Notes under the pieces: model-generated
Seen by the model: only the letters and a program-made list of their open reading frames with translations
Databases searched by the model: none
Told to the model about the DNA's origin: nothing
Shown here: positions 16,679 to 26,613 of the stretch, piece by piece
How positions within the stretch are numbered: position 1 is the stretch's first letter
Layout: each line of letters starts with the position of its first letter
From: Polyangiales bacterium
GTDB taxonomy: Bacteria; Myxococcota_A; Polyangia; Polyangiales; Polyangiaceae
Assembly: GCA_038230375.1 (NCBI GenBank)
Contig: JBBRNJ010000077.1
Span: forward strand, 1-40,815
Direction of reading: 5' to 3'
Length of the DNA stretch: 40,815 bases
Position numbers and translations under genes: made by a program

Positions 16679-18874
16679 ATGCGTAAGGCGTCCTTGCTCC
16701 TTCCCTTGCTCCCGTTCATGGTCGCCGCGTGTCCGTCGCGCGATGCCACCGTGGACATCCCCGTGCCAAGGACGCTGCCCACGCTCTCGCCGTCGGCGAA
16801 CCCGCAGGGAACGTCGGATGGCCCCACGGGGCTCTCGCCAGAGGAAGAGTCGGCGCTCGACAAGTCCGTCTCGCCTTGCGAGAACTTCTACGGGTACGCA
16901 TGCGGCGGGTGGAACAAGACCGTGCGCATCCCCGATGACGAGGACAAATGGATGCGCAGCTTCTCCACGATCAAGGAGAAGAACGAGGAGCTCCTGCGCA
17001 CTGTTCTGGAGTCCTTCTCGCGCGGGGAGCCGGCGCACGCGCTCGGGCGCGAGGTGACGTTCAAGGAGGCGCAGGCCCTGGGCGATTTCTATGCATCATG
17101 CATGGATGAGAAGGGCATCGAGGACCGGGGGATGACGCCGCTCGCCGCGCAGCTCCAGGAGATCGACGGCATCAAGGACAAGGCCGGCCTCGCGGACGTG
17201 CTGGGCAAGATGCACGCGCGCGGCATGACGCCCGTCTTCGCGGTGGGCCAGCAGCAGGACTTCAAGGACGCGACGAAGGTGGTCGGCGCGATCGAGCAGG
17301 CAGGGCTGGGCATGCCCGAGCGCGAGTACTACACGAAGACAGACGCTGACTCCGTGAAGCTCCGCGACAAGTACAAGGAGCACGTAGCGCGGATGCTGCT
17401 CCTCTCTTATGCGCACGCGAAGGTGAAGGCACCGGCGGTGCCCGGCGCCAGCGTGATCGATCTGAACGTGGACCCGGCTGCGCTGCAGAAGAGCAAGGTC
17501 GACGCAGAGACCGTGCTCAAGATCGAGGGCATGCTCGCTGCGGTCTCCATGAGCCACGAGGACCGGCGCGAGCCGAAGAAGATCTATCACCTGATGACCG
17601 CGGAGGACGTCGCGAAGGAGCTGCCCGCGTTCGCATGGGATCGCTATCGCAAGGAGCTCGGCGCGCAGCAGATCACGACGTACAACGTGGCGCAGCCTGC
17701 GTTCATGAAGACCGCGACGGAGCTGCTGGCCGGGAGGGTGAGCATCCCCGAATGGAAGGTGTATCTGCGCTGGCATCTGGTGCGTGCGCTCTCCGCGGCG
17801 CTGCCCACGCGCTTCGTGGACGAGGCGTTCCAGTGGCAGCACACGCTGAAGGGCACCGCCAAGCTCGCGCCGCGCTGGAAGCGCTGCGTGCGCGCAGTGG
17901 ATGGTGAGATGGGAGAGGCGCTGGGCCGCGCGTTCGTGACGTTGACCCTGGGCGAAGAGGGCAAGGCGAAGGTGAAGGATCTCATCTTCGAGGTGGAGGC
18001 CGCGATGGGCGCCGAGCTCGACAAGCTCGCGTGGATGGATGGCGACACGAAGGGCCGCGCGCGCGGGAAGCTTTCGCAGATCAAGAACAAGGTGGCATTC
18101 CCCGACACCTGGCGCAGCTACGACGGCCTGAAGATCGAGCGCGGGCACCACCTTTCGAACATGCAGGCGGGAGAGTCGTTCGAGATCAAACGGCAGCTCG
18201 CCAAGGTGGGCAAGCCGGTGGACCGCGGCGAGTGGCAGATGACGCCGCCACAGGTGAACGCGTACTACGAGGCGTCCTTGAACGAGATGGTGTTCCCCGC
18301 GGGGATCTTGCAGGTCCCGTTCTTCGGCGCCGCGCAGACCACCGCGACCAACTTTGGCGCCATCGGCATGGTGATGGGCCATGAGCTCACGCACGGCTTC
18401 GACGACAAGGGCCGCAAGTTCGACGGTGACGGGAACCTCACGGACTGGTGGAGCCAGAGCGCCGGCTCGGAGTTCGAGAAGCGCGCGTCGTGCGTGGTCG
18501 ATCAGTACAGCAGCTACACGGTGCTTGGTGATCCGAAGGCGAAGGTGAACGGAGTCCTCACGCAGGGCGAGAACATCGCGGACCTGGGCGGCGTGCGGCT
18601 CGCGTTCGCAGCGCTCCAGGCGCATCGCGCGGCGCGACCGGAGCCGCAGGTCGGGAGCGTCACGCCGGAGCAGCGCTTCTTCCTGGGCTTCGCGCAGGGC
18701 TGGTGCGGCGCGTACAGGCCGGAGGCCATGATGCACCAGATCGCCACGAACACGCACTCGCCGCCCGAGTACCGCGTGAACGGCCCGCTCTCCAACCTTC
18801 CCGAGTTCCACAAGGCCTTCGCGTGCGCCGACACGGCGAAGATGGTGAAGAAGGATCGCTGCGAGATCTGGTGA
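16679..18874 (+). CDS. M13-family (neprilysin/PepO-like) zinc metallopeptidase lipoprotein, 731 aa
   Basis: PCENFYGYACGGW, VNAYY, FPAGILQ, HELTH zinc motif, GENIADLGG, HSPPEYRVNG and the terminal CEIW. Confidence 0.95.
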   Translation: MRKASLLLPLLPFMVAACPSRDATVDIPVPRTLPTLSPSANPQGTSDGPTGLSPEEESALDKSVSPCENFYGYACGGWNKTVRIPDDEDKWMRSFSTIKEKNEELLRTVLESFSRGEPAHALGREVTFKEAQALGDFYASCMDEKGIEDRGMTPLAAQLQEIDGIKDKAGLADVLGKMHARGMTPVFAVGQQQDFKDATKVVGAIEQAGLGMPEREYYTKTDADSVKLRDKYKEHVARMLLLSYAHAKVKAPAVPGASVIDLNVDPAALQKSKVDAETVLKIEGMLAAVSMSHEDRREPKKIYHLMTAEDVAKELPAFAWDRYRKELGAQQITTYNVAQPAFMKTATELLAGRVSIPEWKVYLRWHLVRALSAALPTRFVDEAFQWQHTLKGTAKLAPRWKRCVRAVDGEMGEALGRAFVTLTLGEEGKAKVKDLIFEVEAAMGAELDKLAWMDGDTKGRARGKLSQIKNKVAFPDTWRSYDGLKIERGHHLSNMQAGESFEIKRQLAKVGKPVDRGEWQMTPPQVNAYYEASLNEMVFPAGILQVPFFGAAQTTATNFGAIGMVMGHELTHGFDDKGRKFDGDGNLTDWWSQSAGSEFEKRASCVVDQYSSYTVLGDPKAKVNGVLTQGENIADLGGVRLAFAALQAHRAARPEPQVGSVTPEQRFFLGFAQGWCGAYRPEAMMHQIATNTHSPPEYRVNGPLSNLPEFHKAFACADTAKMVKKDRCEIW

Positions 18875-18977
18875 GCCCTGGGAGGACTGCCAGGCGCCAC
18901 CCAGAAAAAAACTTCCGACCGCGGCGACCCGTTGCACGGAGTTTCCGGTCGCGCGCCGGATTCCAGCGGATCTGCGG

Positions 18978-18993
18978 CGGCACGCGGGTTGCC
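18978..18993 (+). promoter_or_regulatory. Sigma54 -24/-12 promoter (CGGCACGCGGGTTGCC)
   Basis: GG-N10-GC with GGCACG...TTGC consensus; 13 nt from GC to ATG 19006. Confidence 0.7.
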
Positions 18994-19005
18994 TATCGGC
19001 GCGGC

Positions 19006-20130
19006 ATGAACCGCCTCTCCTCGCTCGCCTCTCTCGCACTCCTCCTTCCGGTCGCGCTCTTCGGCACTGGCTGCTACGGCGCCTCGCCACCACCGGTCAC
19101 GCAGATGCCCACGCCCGAGCGCTTTCCCGGCGCGCAGGCTGACGTGGACACACGCCAGGAGACGCACATGGAGCAGGTCAACAAGGAGGCCCGCACGTGC
19201 GACAGCTCTGGCCAGAACTGCGTGGTCACGAAGTACCAGGTGTCCGAGCCCGTGGTCTACACGTACAGTTCGATGCAGTATGCACACAAGCCGGTGAGCT
19301 ACGCCGACTTCATGCTCATCACGGACACGAAGCGCGAGGAGCACCTCGCGAAGCTCGACGAGAATAGAAACGCGTGCGAGCGCGCGAACATCCCCCGCTG
19401 GATCGGCATCGGAATGGTGGCCGCGGGTGTGATCGCGACCGGCGCTGCCTACTTCACGCGCGAACCGGCGCTCACCTACGCGGGCCTGGGCAGCATGGGC
19501 GGCGGTGGCGTGTCCTACGGCGTGGGCTACTTTGCCTTCGGTGGCCAGAAGTGCAACGAGGCGGCTGCGCAGCACCGCGAGCTCGAGGTCGCAGACAAGA
19601 AGGACGTGATGGAGGTGTCGGGCTCGGACACGGCGGCGGACCTTCGTCGCCGCGCGCTGGAGTTCAACGCGAACCCGGTGGCGGAGACGGGCTCACCCAA
19701 GCCTGAAGCGCCGAAGGAGGTCGTCGCTGCTGCTCCCCCGCCGCCAGCGCGGCTCGAGGGCACGGTGGACGGCAAGGCGTTCCGCGCCGAAGCGGCGACT
19801 GCCGTTTCCGACGCAAAGGGTCGCGTCACGGTCACGCTCTTCGATCACGCGGTCTCGTGCGAGCAGGCCAAGACAGCCACGGGAACGCGCGTGGTCCTGC
19901 AGCCCACGTCCTGGCAGACGGGTGAGACCAAGACGACCTCCGCGCGCACCGCACCCGCCGCGAACGCGAGCGTGAATGCGAAGTCGGCCCCCGCCGCGAA
20001 GGCGTTCAAGGTGAACGTGACGTTCGGCGACGCGCCCGCCACCGGCCACGACGGCGACCTGACGCTCGTCTCGGACGACGCGCAGTCCACGCTCCGCGGC
20101 CGCACGGTCGTCCACGCCTGCCAGCGCTGA
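19006..20130 (+). CDS. Hypothetical lipoprotein with internal Gly-rich hydrophobic hairpin and C-terminal beta domain, 374 aa
   Basis: Lipobox LFGTGC and the segment WIGIGMVAAGVIATGAAY...GLGSMGGGGVSYGVGYFAFGG. Strong GC3 codon bias. Confidence 0.8.
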   Translation: MNRLSSLASLALLLPVALFGTGCYGASPPPVTQMPTPERFPGAQADVDTRQETHMEQVNKEARTCDSSGQNCVVTKYQVSEPVVYTYSSMQYAHKPVSYADFMLITDTKREEHLAKLDENRNACERANIPRWIGIGMVAAGVIATGAAYFTREPALTYAGLGSMGGGGVSYGVGYFAFGGQKCNEAAAQHRELEVADKKDVMEVSGSDTAADLRRRALEFNANPVAETGSPKPEAPKEVVAAAPPPPARLEGTVDGKAFRAEAATAVSDAKGRVTVTLFDHAVSCEQAKTATGTRVVLQPTSWQTGETKTTSARTAPAANASVNAKSAPAAKAFKVNVTFGDAPATGHDGDLTLVSDDAQSTLRGRTVVHACQR

Positions 20131-20140
20131 TCGCTGCTCT

Positions 20141-21775
20141 TCAGTTGTCTGCGCAAGGCCCGCGGTCCACGTAGCCCTCGGGGATGTGGATGATCTCCCC
20201 GGGCACGCGCTCGTAGAGACGCCACTCACGCGCCGCGCCGATGAGCCTCCACGTGGGGCCGGGCGCGGCCGCGTCGAAGGGCCGGCGCTCGCCGCGCGTC
20301 AGCACGTAGTCGTACGCGGGCCCGTCCGTGGTGTTCCGGAAGAGGCACGGCGCGTAGTCCCAGAAGACGATCTTCTTCGCAGGCGGCGCGTGCTCCGGCC
20401 TGTATCGGACCGGCCAGTGCGGAAGCTCCGAGAAGCTGAACGATGCGATGCCGCCGTAGCGCGCACGGTAGTAGGCGCCCACGTGCAGGAACGGCGGGAT
20501 CTGCGTGTAGGCGGAGTTCGGATCGAACGCGAGCATGAGCATCCGCTTGCCGTGCGGGAGCTTCTTCAACATCAAGTCGATGTACGCGGCCTCGTCGCGC
20601 TCGAACGCGCGCATTTGCGTTGCGCTGAACACGCTGGTGGAGAGCGCGGCGACCGCGACGATCCACGCGGCGAGCTCCTTCTGGAGCCCCGTGCAGCGTC
20701 GCGCGAGCGGCACCGCAAAGAGCCCCACGAACGGCGCCATGCGCAGATCCAGGATGAACGCGAAGCCCACCTGGGTAGGGAAGAAGAAGTAGAAGCCCGC
20801 GCCCACGCAGAGGAGCGCGCGCGCGAGCCAGAGCCGCAGACGCGCATCACCGGCGCCCAGCGGCATTCCCTTCGATATCGGCACCAGCGTGATGGCAATA
20901 CCGACCCACGCGGCGATCGCGAAGACGTCGTCCCACTGACTCTGCCAGAAGTCGTGCATCCACCCCGGGAGGATGCGCAGGAGCAAGAGCTTCGGATAGA
21001 AGCGGACGATGCCCGCGTGGCGCCCCTGCGATGCATCCGGGTGCGTGACCGTGCTGGTTGCCACGAACACGATCGCCGCGACGACGACCGGCAAGAGCCA
21101 CACATGCGCGCGCGCCGTGCGAAGGCCACGCGCTACGAGACGCTCTCCCGTGCGTCCCTTCCGGATCTCGAACGCGACAGCAAAGAGGAGGACGCCAGCG
21201 GCGAAGACCACGAACGACGACAGGTGCAGATAAAAGATGCACAGTGCAACGAATCCAAGGAGCACGCCGCGCTTCCGGGTTGGCGCGGACGCCTGCGTGA
21301 GCGCGAGCGCAAGGCCGAACACGCACACTGGGATCGACGCGACGAAGTTGAGCAGCCCCTCGGCGAGCGCGCGGTTCCAGAAGAGCGGAACGCCCAGCAG
21401 CGCCAGCCGCTCGTCATGCCCTGCGGCCCGGAGCAGCGCGCGCAGCGAGTATGGGAACGCGACCGCCGTCAGGAACAGCAGCACCAGGTTCGCGCGCTCT
21501 GCGCCGCCCAGCGGCACCGCGAGCACCGCGCCGACCACGTGGTACAGCCAGTACTGCGTGCGGAAGGCGCCCTCCACGGTGAAGAGCTCCTGCGAGCGAA
21601 ACTCGGGATCCCAGTAGTGGCGCAGCGTGGCAATGACGGCCACATGCTCGGGCAGGTCGGAGAACGGCAGGTGACGCGCAAAGTAGAGCGGTACGCCGCC
21701 GGCGATCGCGACGACGCGAAAGATCCACGCCCACGCGACCTGGGTTCCGGACGATGCCTTCTTGTCTTCGCTCAA
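20141..21775 (-). CDS. Polytopic membrane protein, possible GT-C-fold glycosyltransferase, 544 aa
   Basis: Many TM segments, an acidic first-loop motif (LPFSDLPEH), EGLLNF, and a soluble C-terminal domain. TTG start 1 nt after the upstream stop. Confidence 0.6.
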   Translation of the reverse strand: MSEDKKASSGTQVAWAWIFRVVAIAGGVPLYFARHLPFSDLPEHVAVIATLRHYWDPEFRSQELFTVEGAFRTQYWLYHVVGAVLAVPLGGAERANLVLLFLTAVAFPYSLRALLRAAGHDERLALLGVPLFWNRALAEGLLNFVASIPVCVFGLALALTQASAPTRKRGVLLGFVALCIFYLHLSSFVVFAAGVLLFAVAFEIRKGRTGERLVARGLRTARAHVWLLPVVVAAIVFVATSTVTHPDASQGRHAGIVRFYPKLLLLRILPGWMHDFWQSQWDDVFAIAAWVGIAITLVPISKGMPLGAGDARLRLWLARALLCVGAGFYFFFPTQVGFAFILDLRMAPFVGLFAVPLARRCTGLQKELAAWIVAVAALSTSVFSATQMRAFERDEAAYIDLMLKKLPHGKRMLMLAFDPNSAYTQIPPFLHVGAYYRARYGGIASFSFSELPHWPVRYRPEHAPPAKKIVFWDYAPCLFRNTTDGPAYDYVLTRGERRPFDAAAPGPTWRLIGAAREWRLYERVPGEIIHIPEGYVDRGPCADN

Positions 21776-21776
21776 G

Positions 21777-22391
21777 CTACTGCGCTGGTAGCACGGTCTC
21801 GGGCGTGGTGCCGGGGTCCAGGATGCACTGCTCTGCGGCGGTGTCGAGGCGGCAGCGCTTCACCTGGTGGGTCCCCGTGCACGCGACGGTGCCGAGCGCA
21901 GGCACGGTCACCCAGTGAGCGTTGCCCTGACAGCCCGCGGCGCTGGTATAGCCGTAGCCGCTCGCCGTGGCGTAGTCGGAGAAGTATGGATCCGAGTAGC
22001 TCGTGAGGGTGCCGTCATCGATGGCCGGGTACTCCGGGTACGACGAGTACGGGATGAACGTCTCCGTGCCGCCGCGGCCGCTGCTGGAGTAGAACCCGCC
22101 GCGCGACGCGCACTCCGTGTCGCTGTCGAGATATGCACACGTGGTGCTCGCCTCGAGACACAGCGCCGTCTTCGGATCGACCTCCGCGCAGCGCGTGTTC
22201 CCGCTGCAAGCCTTCACGTCCGAGCACATGTCGCGACAGGCGCCGTTGAACCCACGCTGGTCCGCGGCGCAATGAAGGTCCGCCGACGAGCTGCCGGTGT
22301 TGTCAGTCGTGACGCCGAAGCACGCCCCGAGGCACGCCGCCGCCACCACCACCGCACCACCCAGGATTCTATAGCCAAGCGAGGAGGTCAT
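21777..22391 (-). CDS. Cys-rich lipoprotein, 204 aa
   Basis: Lipobox ACLGAC and about 12 further Cys. Start ATG 22391 supported by the sigma54 promoter. Confidence 0.75.
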   Translation of the reverse strand: MTSSLGYRILGGAVVVAAACLGACFGVTTDNTGSSSADLHCAADQRGFNGACRDMCSDVKACSGNTRCAEVDPKTALCLEASTTCAYLDSDTECASRGGFYSSSGRGGTETFIPYSSYPEYPAIDDGTLTSYSDPYFSDYATASGYGYTSAAGCQGNAHWVTVPALGTVACTGTHQVKRCRLDTAAEQCILDPGTTPETVLPAQ

Positions 22392-22403
22392 GCCGGCCCG
22401 GTG

Positions 22404-22419
22404 AGCAAGGGTCACGCCA
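22404..22419 (-). promoter_or_regulatory. Sigma54 -24/-12 promoter (TGGCGTGACCCTTGCT)
   Basis: GG-N10-GC with TGGC...TTGCT; 13 nt from GC to ATG 22391. Confidence 0.7.
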
Positions 22420-22543
22420 CGCCGGGTGTCGCGCACGATGGGCTCGTTTTTTCGGCACTTCATCGCTCGTTGCGCAGGACGGTGACAGATCACCATGACA
22501 CCTCTGTCGCGGGCCCCTTGGGCGCCGTGTGCCGCGAGCGTTC

Positions 22544-22559
22544 CGTCAGCATGCTGACG
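22544..22559. promoter_or_regulatory. Perfect 16-bp palindrome CGTCAGCATGCTGACG (candidate operator/UAS)
   Basis: Exact reverse-complement symmetry, in the divergent intergenic region 60 nt upstream of ATG 22620. Confidence 0.55.
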
Positions 22560-22619
22560 AACCAAGGCTGCGGGCGGGGATGACGTGGCCCGAGGGCTCG
22601 GATAGTCTCGGCATTTCCG

Positions 22620-24182
22620 ATGCCCCTCGAAAGAATCGCTCTACACCAGACACGTCTCCGCACGCCCGGCCTGGGCCTGGACGGAAAGGGCGTGGCGCTC
22701 GGCGGCAAGGGGCTCGTGCTCCTGCCCTCGATCGATCGCCTTGTCGCGTGGCTCTCGGTGTACACGCGCGAGCACTCGCTCGAGGACATCATGCCCTCGC
22801 TCGAGATCAAGCTCGTTCGCAGCAAGCTGGGCACGCGCGAGATCACGCTCGCCGTCGCGGCAGAGTCCAGCGACCGCATGGACCGCATCGCGGAGACCGC
22901 GCGCCTGGTCGGCGGCTTCACGTTCACCGGCACCAGCCGCCACTTCGTGCAGTACCGCGACGCGTCCGCGCCATTCGGATACGACGCGCAGGAGCTCCTC
23001 TCCACGGACGCAGCGCTCGTCGTCTACAACGACAAGTTCACGCAGGCCTACGAGTCCGACAAGGACATCGACCTCCGCGCGCTCCTCCTTCGTCTCATGC
23101 CGCACGTGGATCCATCCACCATCGGCGAGGGCGGGCCGCGCTACATCGTCGCGGAGCAGGGCCTGGGCCCCGCGCTCATCCACTACCTGGTTCGCTCGCG
23201 CGTGGACGGTGAGGTCGCCGTGGGTGAGTGGCCGCCCGAGAGCGCCTTCGACGAAGGCCCCGTGCGGCGCTACATCGTGAAGCTGCCGGACCTGATCCCG
23301 CGCATGCGTCCGCTCATGGCGACCACGCCAGGCATCACGTCGTTCCTTCCCGCGGGGCCCGGCGTGGCGGTGGAGATGGGGTATCGCCATCCCGTCGCGC
23401 TGCGCGCATGCCCCGTCTTCGATCCGAACGGACTGGTCCTCATTCGCGGCAAGGGCGTGGAGCCATGGGCGCTCACACGCGCGCCGCAGATGGGTGACCT
23501 GCGCGCATTCGCACGCGTGGAGCTGCGCTCGCTGGACGATCGCGACGCATCCGTTGCCACATCCACGCTGAAGCCCGACATGGTGCGCGTGCCGCTGCGC
23601 GTGGTCCCGAGCATGAACGCGTTCCGCAACGTGACCGCCTCGTGGCTGCTCCCGCACGAGATCCCGTTGCTCCGCAAGCTGGCCTATGCGCTTCCGCGCA
23701 AGACGATCGAGAGCACGCAGATCTCCGTCACGAAGCAGGGCGCGTTCCTCCGCTGCCCCTCCGGCATCGAGGCGATCCCGCTCGGCACCTTCTACGTGGA
23801 GATCCATCCGGGCCTCTACATCCCCGCTGGCTACGACTTCATCCCCGCGGTCGCGCCCGAGGTCCTGCATCGCGCGCTGGGCGCCGTGAGCGGCACCGTG
23901 CTCTTCATCGACTCGCTCGCGCGCGCGTCGTCCGTGGACGACAACACGTTCTCGCCGCTCGAGAACATGCTGCTCGAGGCCGGCGCGTGGGAGCCGATCG
24001 TCGGTCAGCGAATCGACCTCGCGCTCGAGGAGCGTCCGCTCGATCTCAAGCTCGAGGGCCTTGGCGCGTTCCCGCTGGGTGGCGCAGAGCTTCCGCCCCC
24101 AGCCGCGCCGCAGCTCCAGCAGGGCCTCCCGCACCTGGCAGACCAGCACGCCCCCCAGCTCCCGCCAAAGCAGGACGGCTGA
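22620..24182 (+). CDS. Conserved hypothetical protein resembling FtsH ternary conflict-system domain X7 (fvmX7-like), 520 aa
   Basis: Clear ORF with strong codon bias. The motif FTGTSRHFVQYRDASAPFGYD is recalled as typical of this family; not verified by search. Confidence 0.6.
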   Translation: MPLERIALHQTRLRTPGLGLDGKGVALGGKGLVLLPSIDRLVAWLSVYTREHSLEDIMPSLEIKLVRSKLGTREITLAVAAESSDRMDRIAETARLVGGFTFTGTSRHFVQYRDASAPFGYDAQELLSTDAALVVYNDKFTQAYESDKDIDLRALLLRLMPHVDPSTIGEGGPRYIVAEQGLGPALIHYLVRSRVDGEVAVGEWPPESAFDEGPVRRYIVKLPDLIPRMRPLMATTPGITSFLPAGPGVAVEMGYRHPVALRACPVFDPNGLVLIRGKGVEPWALTRAPQMGDLRAFARVELRSLDDRDASVATSTLKPDMVRVPLRVVPSMNAFRNVTASWLLPHEIPLLRKLAYALPRKTIESTQISVTKQGAFLRCPSGIEAIPLGTFYVEIHPGLYIPAGYDFIPAVAPEVLHRALGAVSGTVLFIDSLARASSVDDNTFSPLENMLLEAGAWEPIVGQRIDLALEERPLDLKLEGLGAFPLGGAELPPPAAPQLQQGLPHLADQHAPQLPPKQDG

Positions 24183-24185
24183 CGC

Positions 24186-25283
24186 GTGGCGAAGCGCGAT
24201 ATCGGCGCGGTGATGGAGGGCCTCTTCACTTGCTTCCTGGGTCCGCTGGTCGTCGGCGGGAAGATGCAGCCGGGGCGTCCCATCGGCGGGAAGCTTGCGC
24301 TGCTGATGGAGAAGGAGCGTCCGCTCGTCGACATTGATCTCGTGGCCCACATGGCGCTCGCGCGCGTGCGGCTGGCGCGGCGGCTGGCACCGGTGGACAG
24401 GTTCGAGGCGCCGGAGGCACACGAGTGGGCGCTCGCCGCCGTATTGCACGACATCGTGCAGTCTACACACCCGGGGTTCAACGCCACGTTCCGACGCAAG
24501 CTGCCGAACAAGCTCCTCGACATCTGTGAGGCCACGCTGGATCAGATCCCAGGTCCGCAGAGCGTGGGCGCTGCCCTCTCACGACACACCTTGTTTTCAA
24601 GGCTATTTCAGATCACGCGCACCGACATCGACCTGAAGTGGTGGACGGGCTCCGCGCACTTCAAGGGTGAGGACGTACCCACACGCCTGAAGGCCTGGCC
24701 GGAGATCCGCCGCGTGCTCGAGGACCACCACCCGCGCCCGCTGATGACGCTGCCTGACTCCGGAAGCTCCGTGGACCCGTCAAAGTTCGCGACGATGGTG
24801 CAGCTGTTCTTGCGCAAGACGCCGCTCACCGATCTGATCACGGCCGCGCGCCCGCAGCCGCTCTTCTGGTGGACGCCCGAGACACTGTCGCTCGTCTCCA
24901 CGCGCTCGGGGCGTACGCTGGTGCTGCGGGCATTGCGCGCGGCGCCGTCGCGGCGCTCGACGGATGCCGCGCTCGGCCGCGCCACGCGCAACCTGGTGCT
25001 GGGCCGCGCCTACAAGGCGCTCGGTGTAGCGGCGGATTTTCTGGGCGAGAAGTCGCTGTCAGAGGCGGAGGAGCAGATCGCGCAGGAGGCGAACGAGCTC
25101 GCCGCCGACACGGATCAGGACAGCGCGTTCACGCAGGCAGTGGGAGCGCTCGTGGCCCGCCGGTACATCGGCATGCACGGCGAGAACTTCGGCGATGTGG
25201 AGCGCATGCGGCTCCTGTCCGTGCTGAATCCGCTGGCGACCTCCACGTCCGCGAAGGCCGTGGAGGCGCTCCTGTCCCCGTAA
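24186..25283 (+). CDS. Conserved hypothetical protein resembling FtsH ternary conflict-system domain X6 (fvmX6-like), 365 aa
   Basis: Starts 3 nt after the previous stop. Motif ALSRHTLFSRLFQITRTD...WWTGSAHFKG...PTRLKAWPEIRRV; the family call is from recall. Confidence 0.6.
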   Translation: MAKRDIGAVMEGLFTCFLGPLVVGGKMQPGRPIGGKLALLMEKERPLVDIDLVAHMALARVRLARRLAPVDRFEAPEAHEWALAAVLHDIVQSTHPGFNATFRRKLPNKLLDICEATLDQIPGPQSVGAALSRHTLFSRLFQITRTDIDLKWWTGSAHFKGEDVPTRLKAWPEIRRVLEDHHPRPLMTLPDSGSSVDPSKFATMVQLFLRKTPLTDLITAARPQPLFWWTPETLSLVSTRSGRTLVLRALRAAPSRRSTDAALGRATRNLVLGRAYKALGVAADFLGEKSLSEAEEQIAQEANELAADTDQDSAFTQAVGALVARRYIGMHGENFGDVERMRLLSVLNPLATSTSAKAVEALLSP

Positions 25284-25286
25284 CCC

Positions 25287-26522
25287 ATGCGCCGGATCCT
25301 GCTGCCGCCAATCGCGTTCCAGTTCCTGACACTCCTCGCGCTGGTGCTGGTGGGCCGCGTGGCGAACGCCAACTCCGCAGCGAACTTCTATCGCCAGGCG
25401 GACAGCACGGGCGCGCTGGTTCTGGATGGTCAGGGCGAAGGACTGCGCGTTCAGCACGAGCTCCTCGACCTCACCTGCCGCGAGGACTACGCGCACTTCG
25501 GCGCCTGCACCTTCGCGGCCACGTACGACCTTGTGAACGACACCGACGACGCCATCACCGCGCGCGGCGCCTTCTACGGCGTGGACGCCGGCGACACGGC
25601 AAAGGTGACGCTGGACGGGCAGCCGCTGCCCGAGCTCCGCGATCAGGAGGCGCGCATCGCAATAGATGCAACCTACAAGCAAAACCTGGAACGCGCGTTG
25701 ATGGAGGACGGGCCACGACACAGCGAGGGGCGCAAGGTCGCAACGTTCGAGCTCACGCTGCCGCCGCGCGGTCACGGCGCGCTGGTATTTGCGGGGATCC
25801 TGCACGCGGTCGCGAAGGACTGGGAGTCCAACGGCTACCAGGCCAGCGGCCTGCAGACGCGCCACATCTACTTCGTGAAGGAGAACGGCAAGACCACGGC
25901 GCACTACCGTTACCTGGTCTATCCGATCCGCGCGTGGCGCGGCGATCCGGAGATCGACGTGCGCATTCACCTGGGCTCGTCGCTCGACTTCTACGGCGGC
26001 GTGCATTCGAGTGAGAGTCCAGTGGCTCCGTCGCCGGGCCAGCGATCGGTGTCGTGGAGCACGGATGATGCGGGCGTACAGCACGCCAAGTTCAAGGCGT
26101 CGGAGGTGTCCGTACTGGACTGGACGGTGGAGCTGCCGAGCCCGCGGCTGATCCCGGGCGGCCCCACGCTCGGCATCGGAGGAAGGCTGGACCGGCCCGA
26201 GCTGCGCCTGCGCGCGGGTGTGGAGGCGTCGATCGTGTCGCCCACCTTCATCGAGGGTCTGCACTTCGAGACCGATGCATCGAAGCAGTGGACGGTGGTG
26301 CCGTCATTCGAGGCAGCGACGCCGGACATCTTCATCATCATCCCGTCGGCCGCGGTGGGAGCGGGAGTCCCAATCCGCGTGGGGTCGGGGCAACCCGTGC
26401 GCGTGGGAGGGAGAGCGCAAATCACGCTGCATTTCCCGCTGATCGGCGTGCTCTTCCCGGTGGACTACTACCCGAGCACCAGCGGATGGGACCTATCGCT
26501 GATGGGCCGAATTTCGCTGTAA
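25287..26522 (+). CDS. Exported protein (DUF4424-like N-terminal domain, C-terminal outer-membrane beta-strand region), 411 aa
   Basis: Signal peptide, LRVQHELLDLTC...ATYDLVN...YRYLVYPIRAW, and alternating beta-strand C-terminus ending ISL. Starts 3 nt after the previous stop. Confidence 0.7.
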   Translation: MRRILLPPIAFQFLTLLALVLVGRVANANSAANFYRQADSTGALVLDGQGEGLRVQHELLDLTCREDYAHFGACTFAATYDLVNDTDDAITARGAFYGVDAGDTAKVTLDGQPLPELRDQEARIAIDATYKQNLERALMEDGPRHSEGRKVATFELTLPPRGHGALVFAGILHAVAKDWESNGYQASGLQTRHIYFVKENGKTTAHYRYLVYPIRAWRGDPEIDVRIHLGSSLDFYGGVHSSESPVAPSPGQRSVSWSTDDAGVQHAKFKASEVSVLDWTVELPSPRLIPGGPTLGIGGRLDRPELRLRAGVEASIVSPTFIEGLHFETDASKQWTVVPSFEAATPDIFIIIPSAAVGAGVPIRVGSGQPVRVGGRAQITLHFPLIGVLFPVDYYPSTSGWDLSLMGRISL

Positions 26523-26526
26523 CAAG

Positions 26527-26612
26527 GTCGAGGTCAAGGTTTCGAGGTCGAGGTCGAAGTCGAAGTCGAAGTCGTTGTCGAGGTTCGCGGTCGAGGTCGA
26601 AGTCGTTGTCGT
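26527..26612. repeat. Degenerate GTCGAR hexamer repeat, intergenic between convergent genes
   Basis: GGTCGAGGTCAAGG...GTCGAAGTCGAAGTCGAAGTCG... fills the gap between the stops at 26522 and 26614. Confidence 0.85.
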
Positions 26613-26613
26613 C

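Noticed and set aside
18876..18911. CTGGG...CCCAG hairpin followed by A7 as an intrinsic terminator
   Set aside because: The stem is weak and the tract is on the wrong side and strand to give a 3' U-run.
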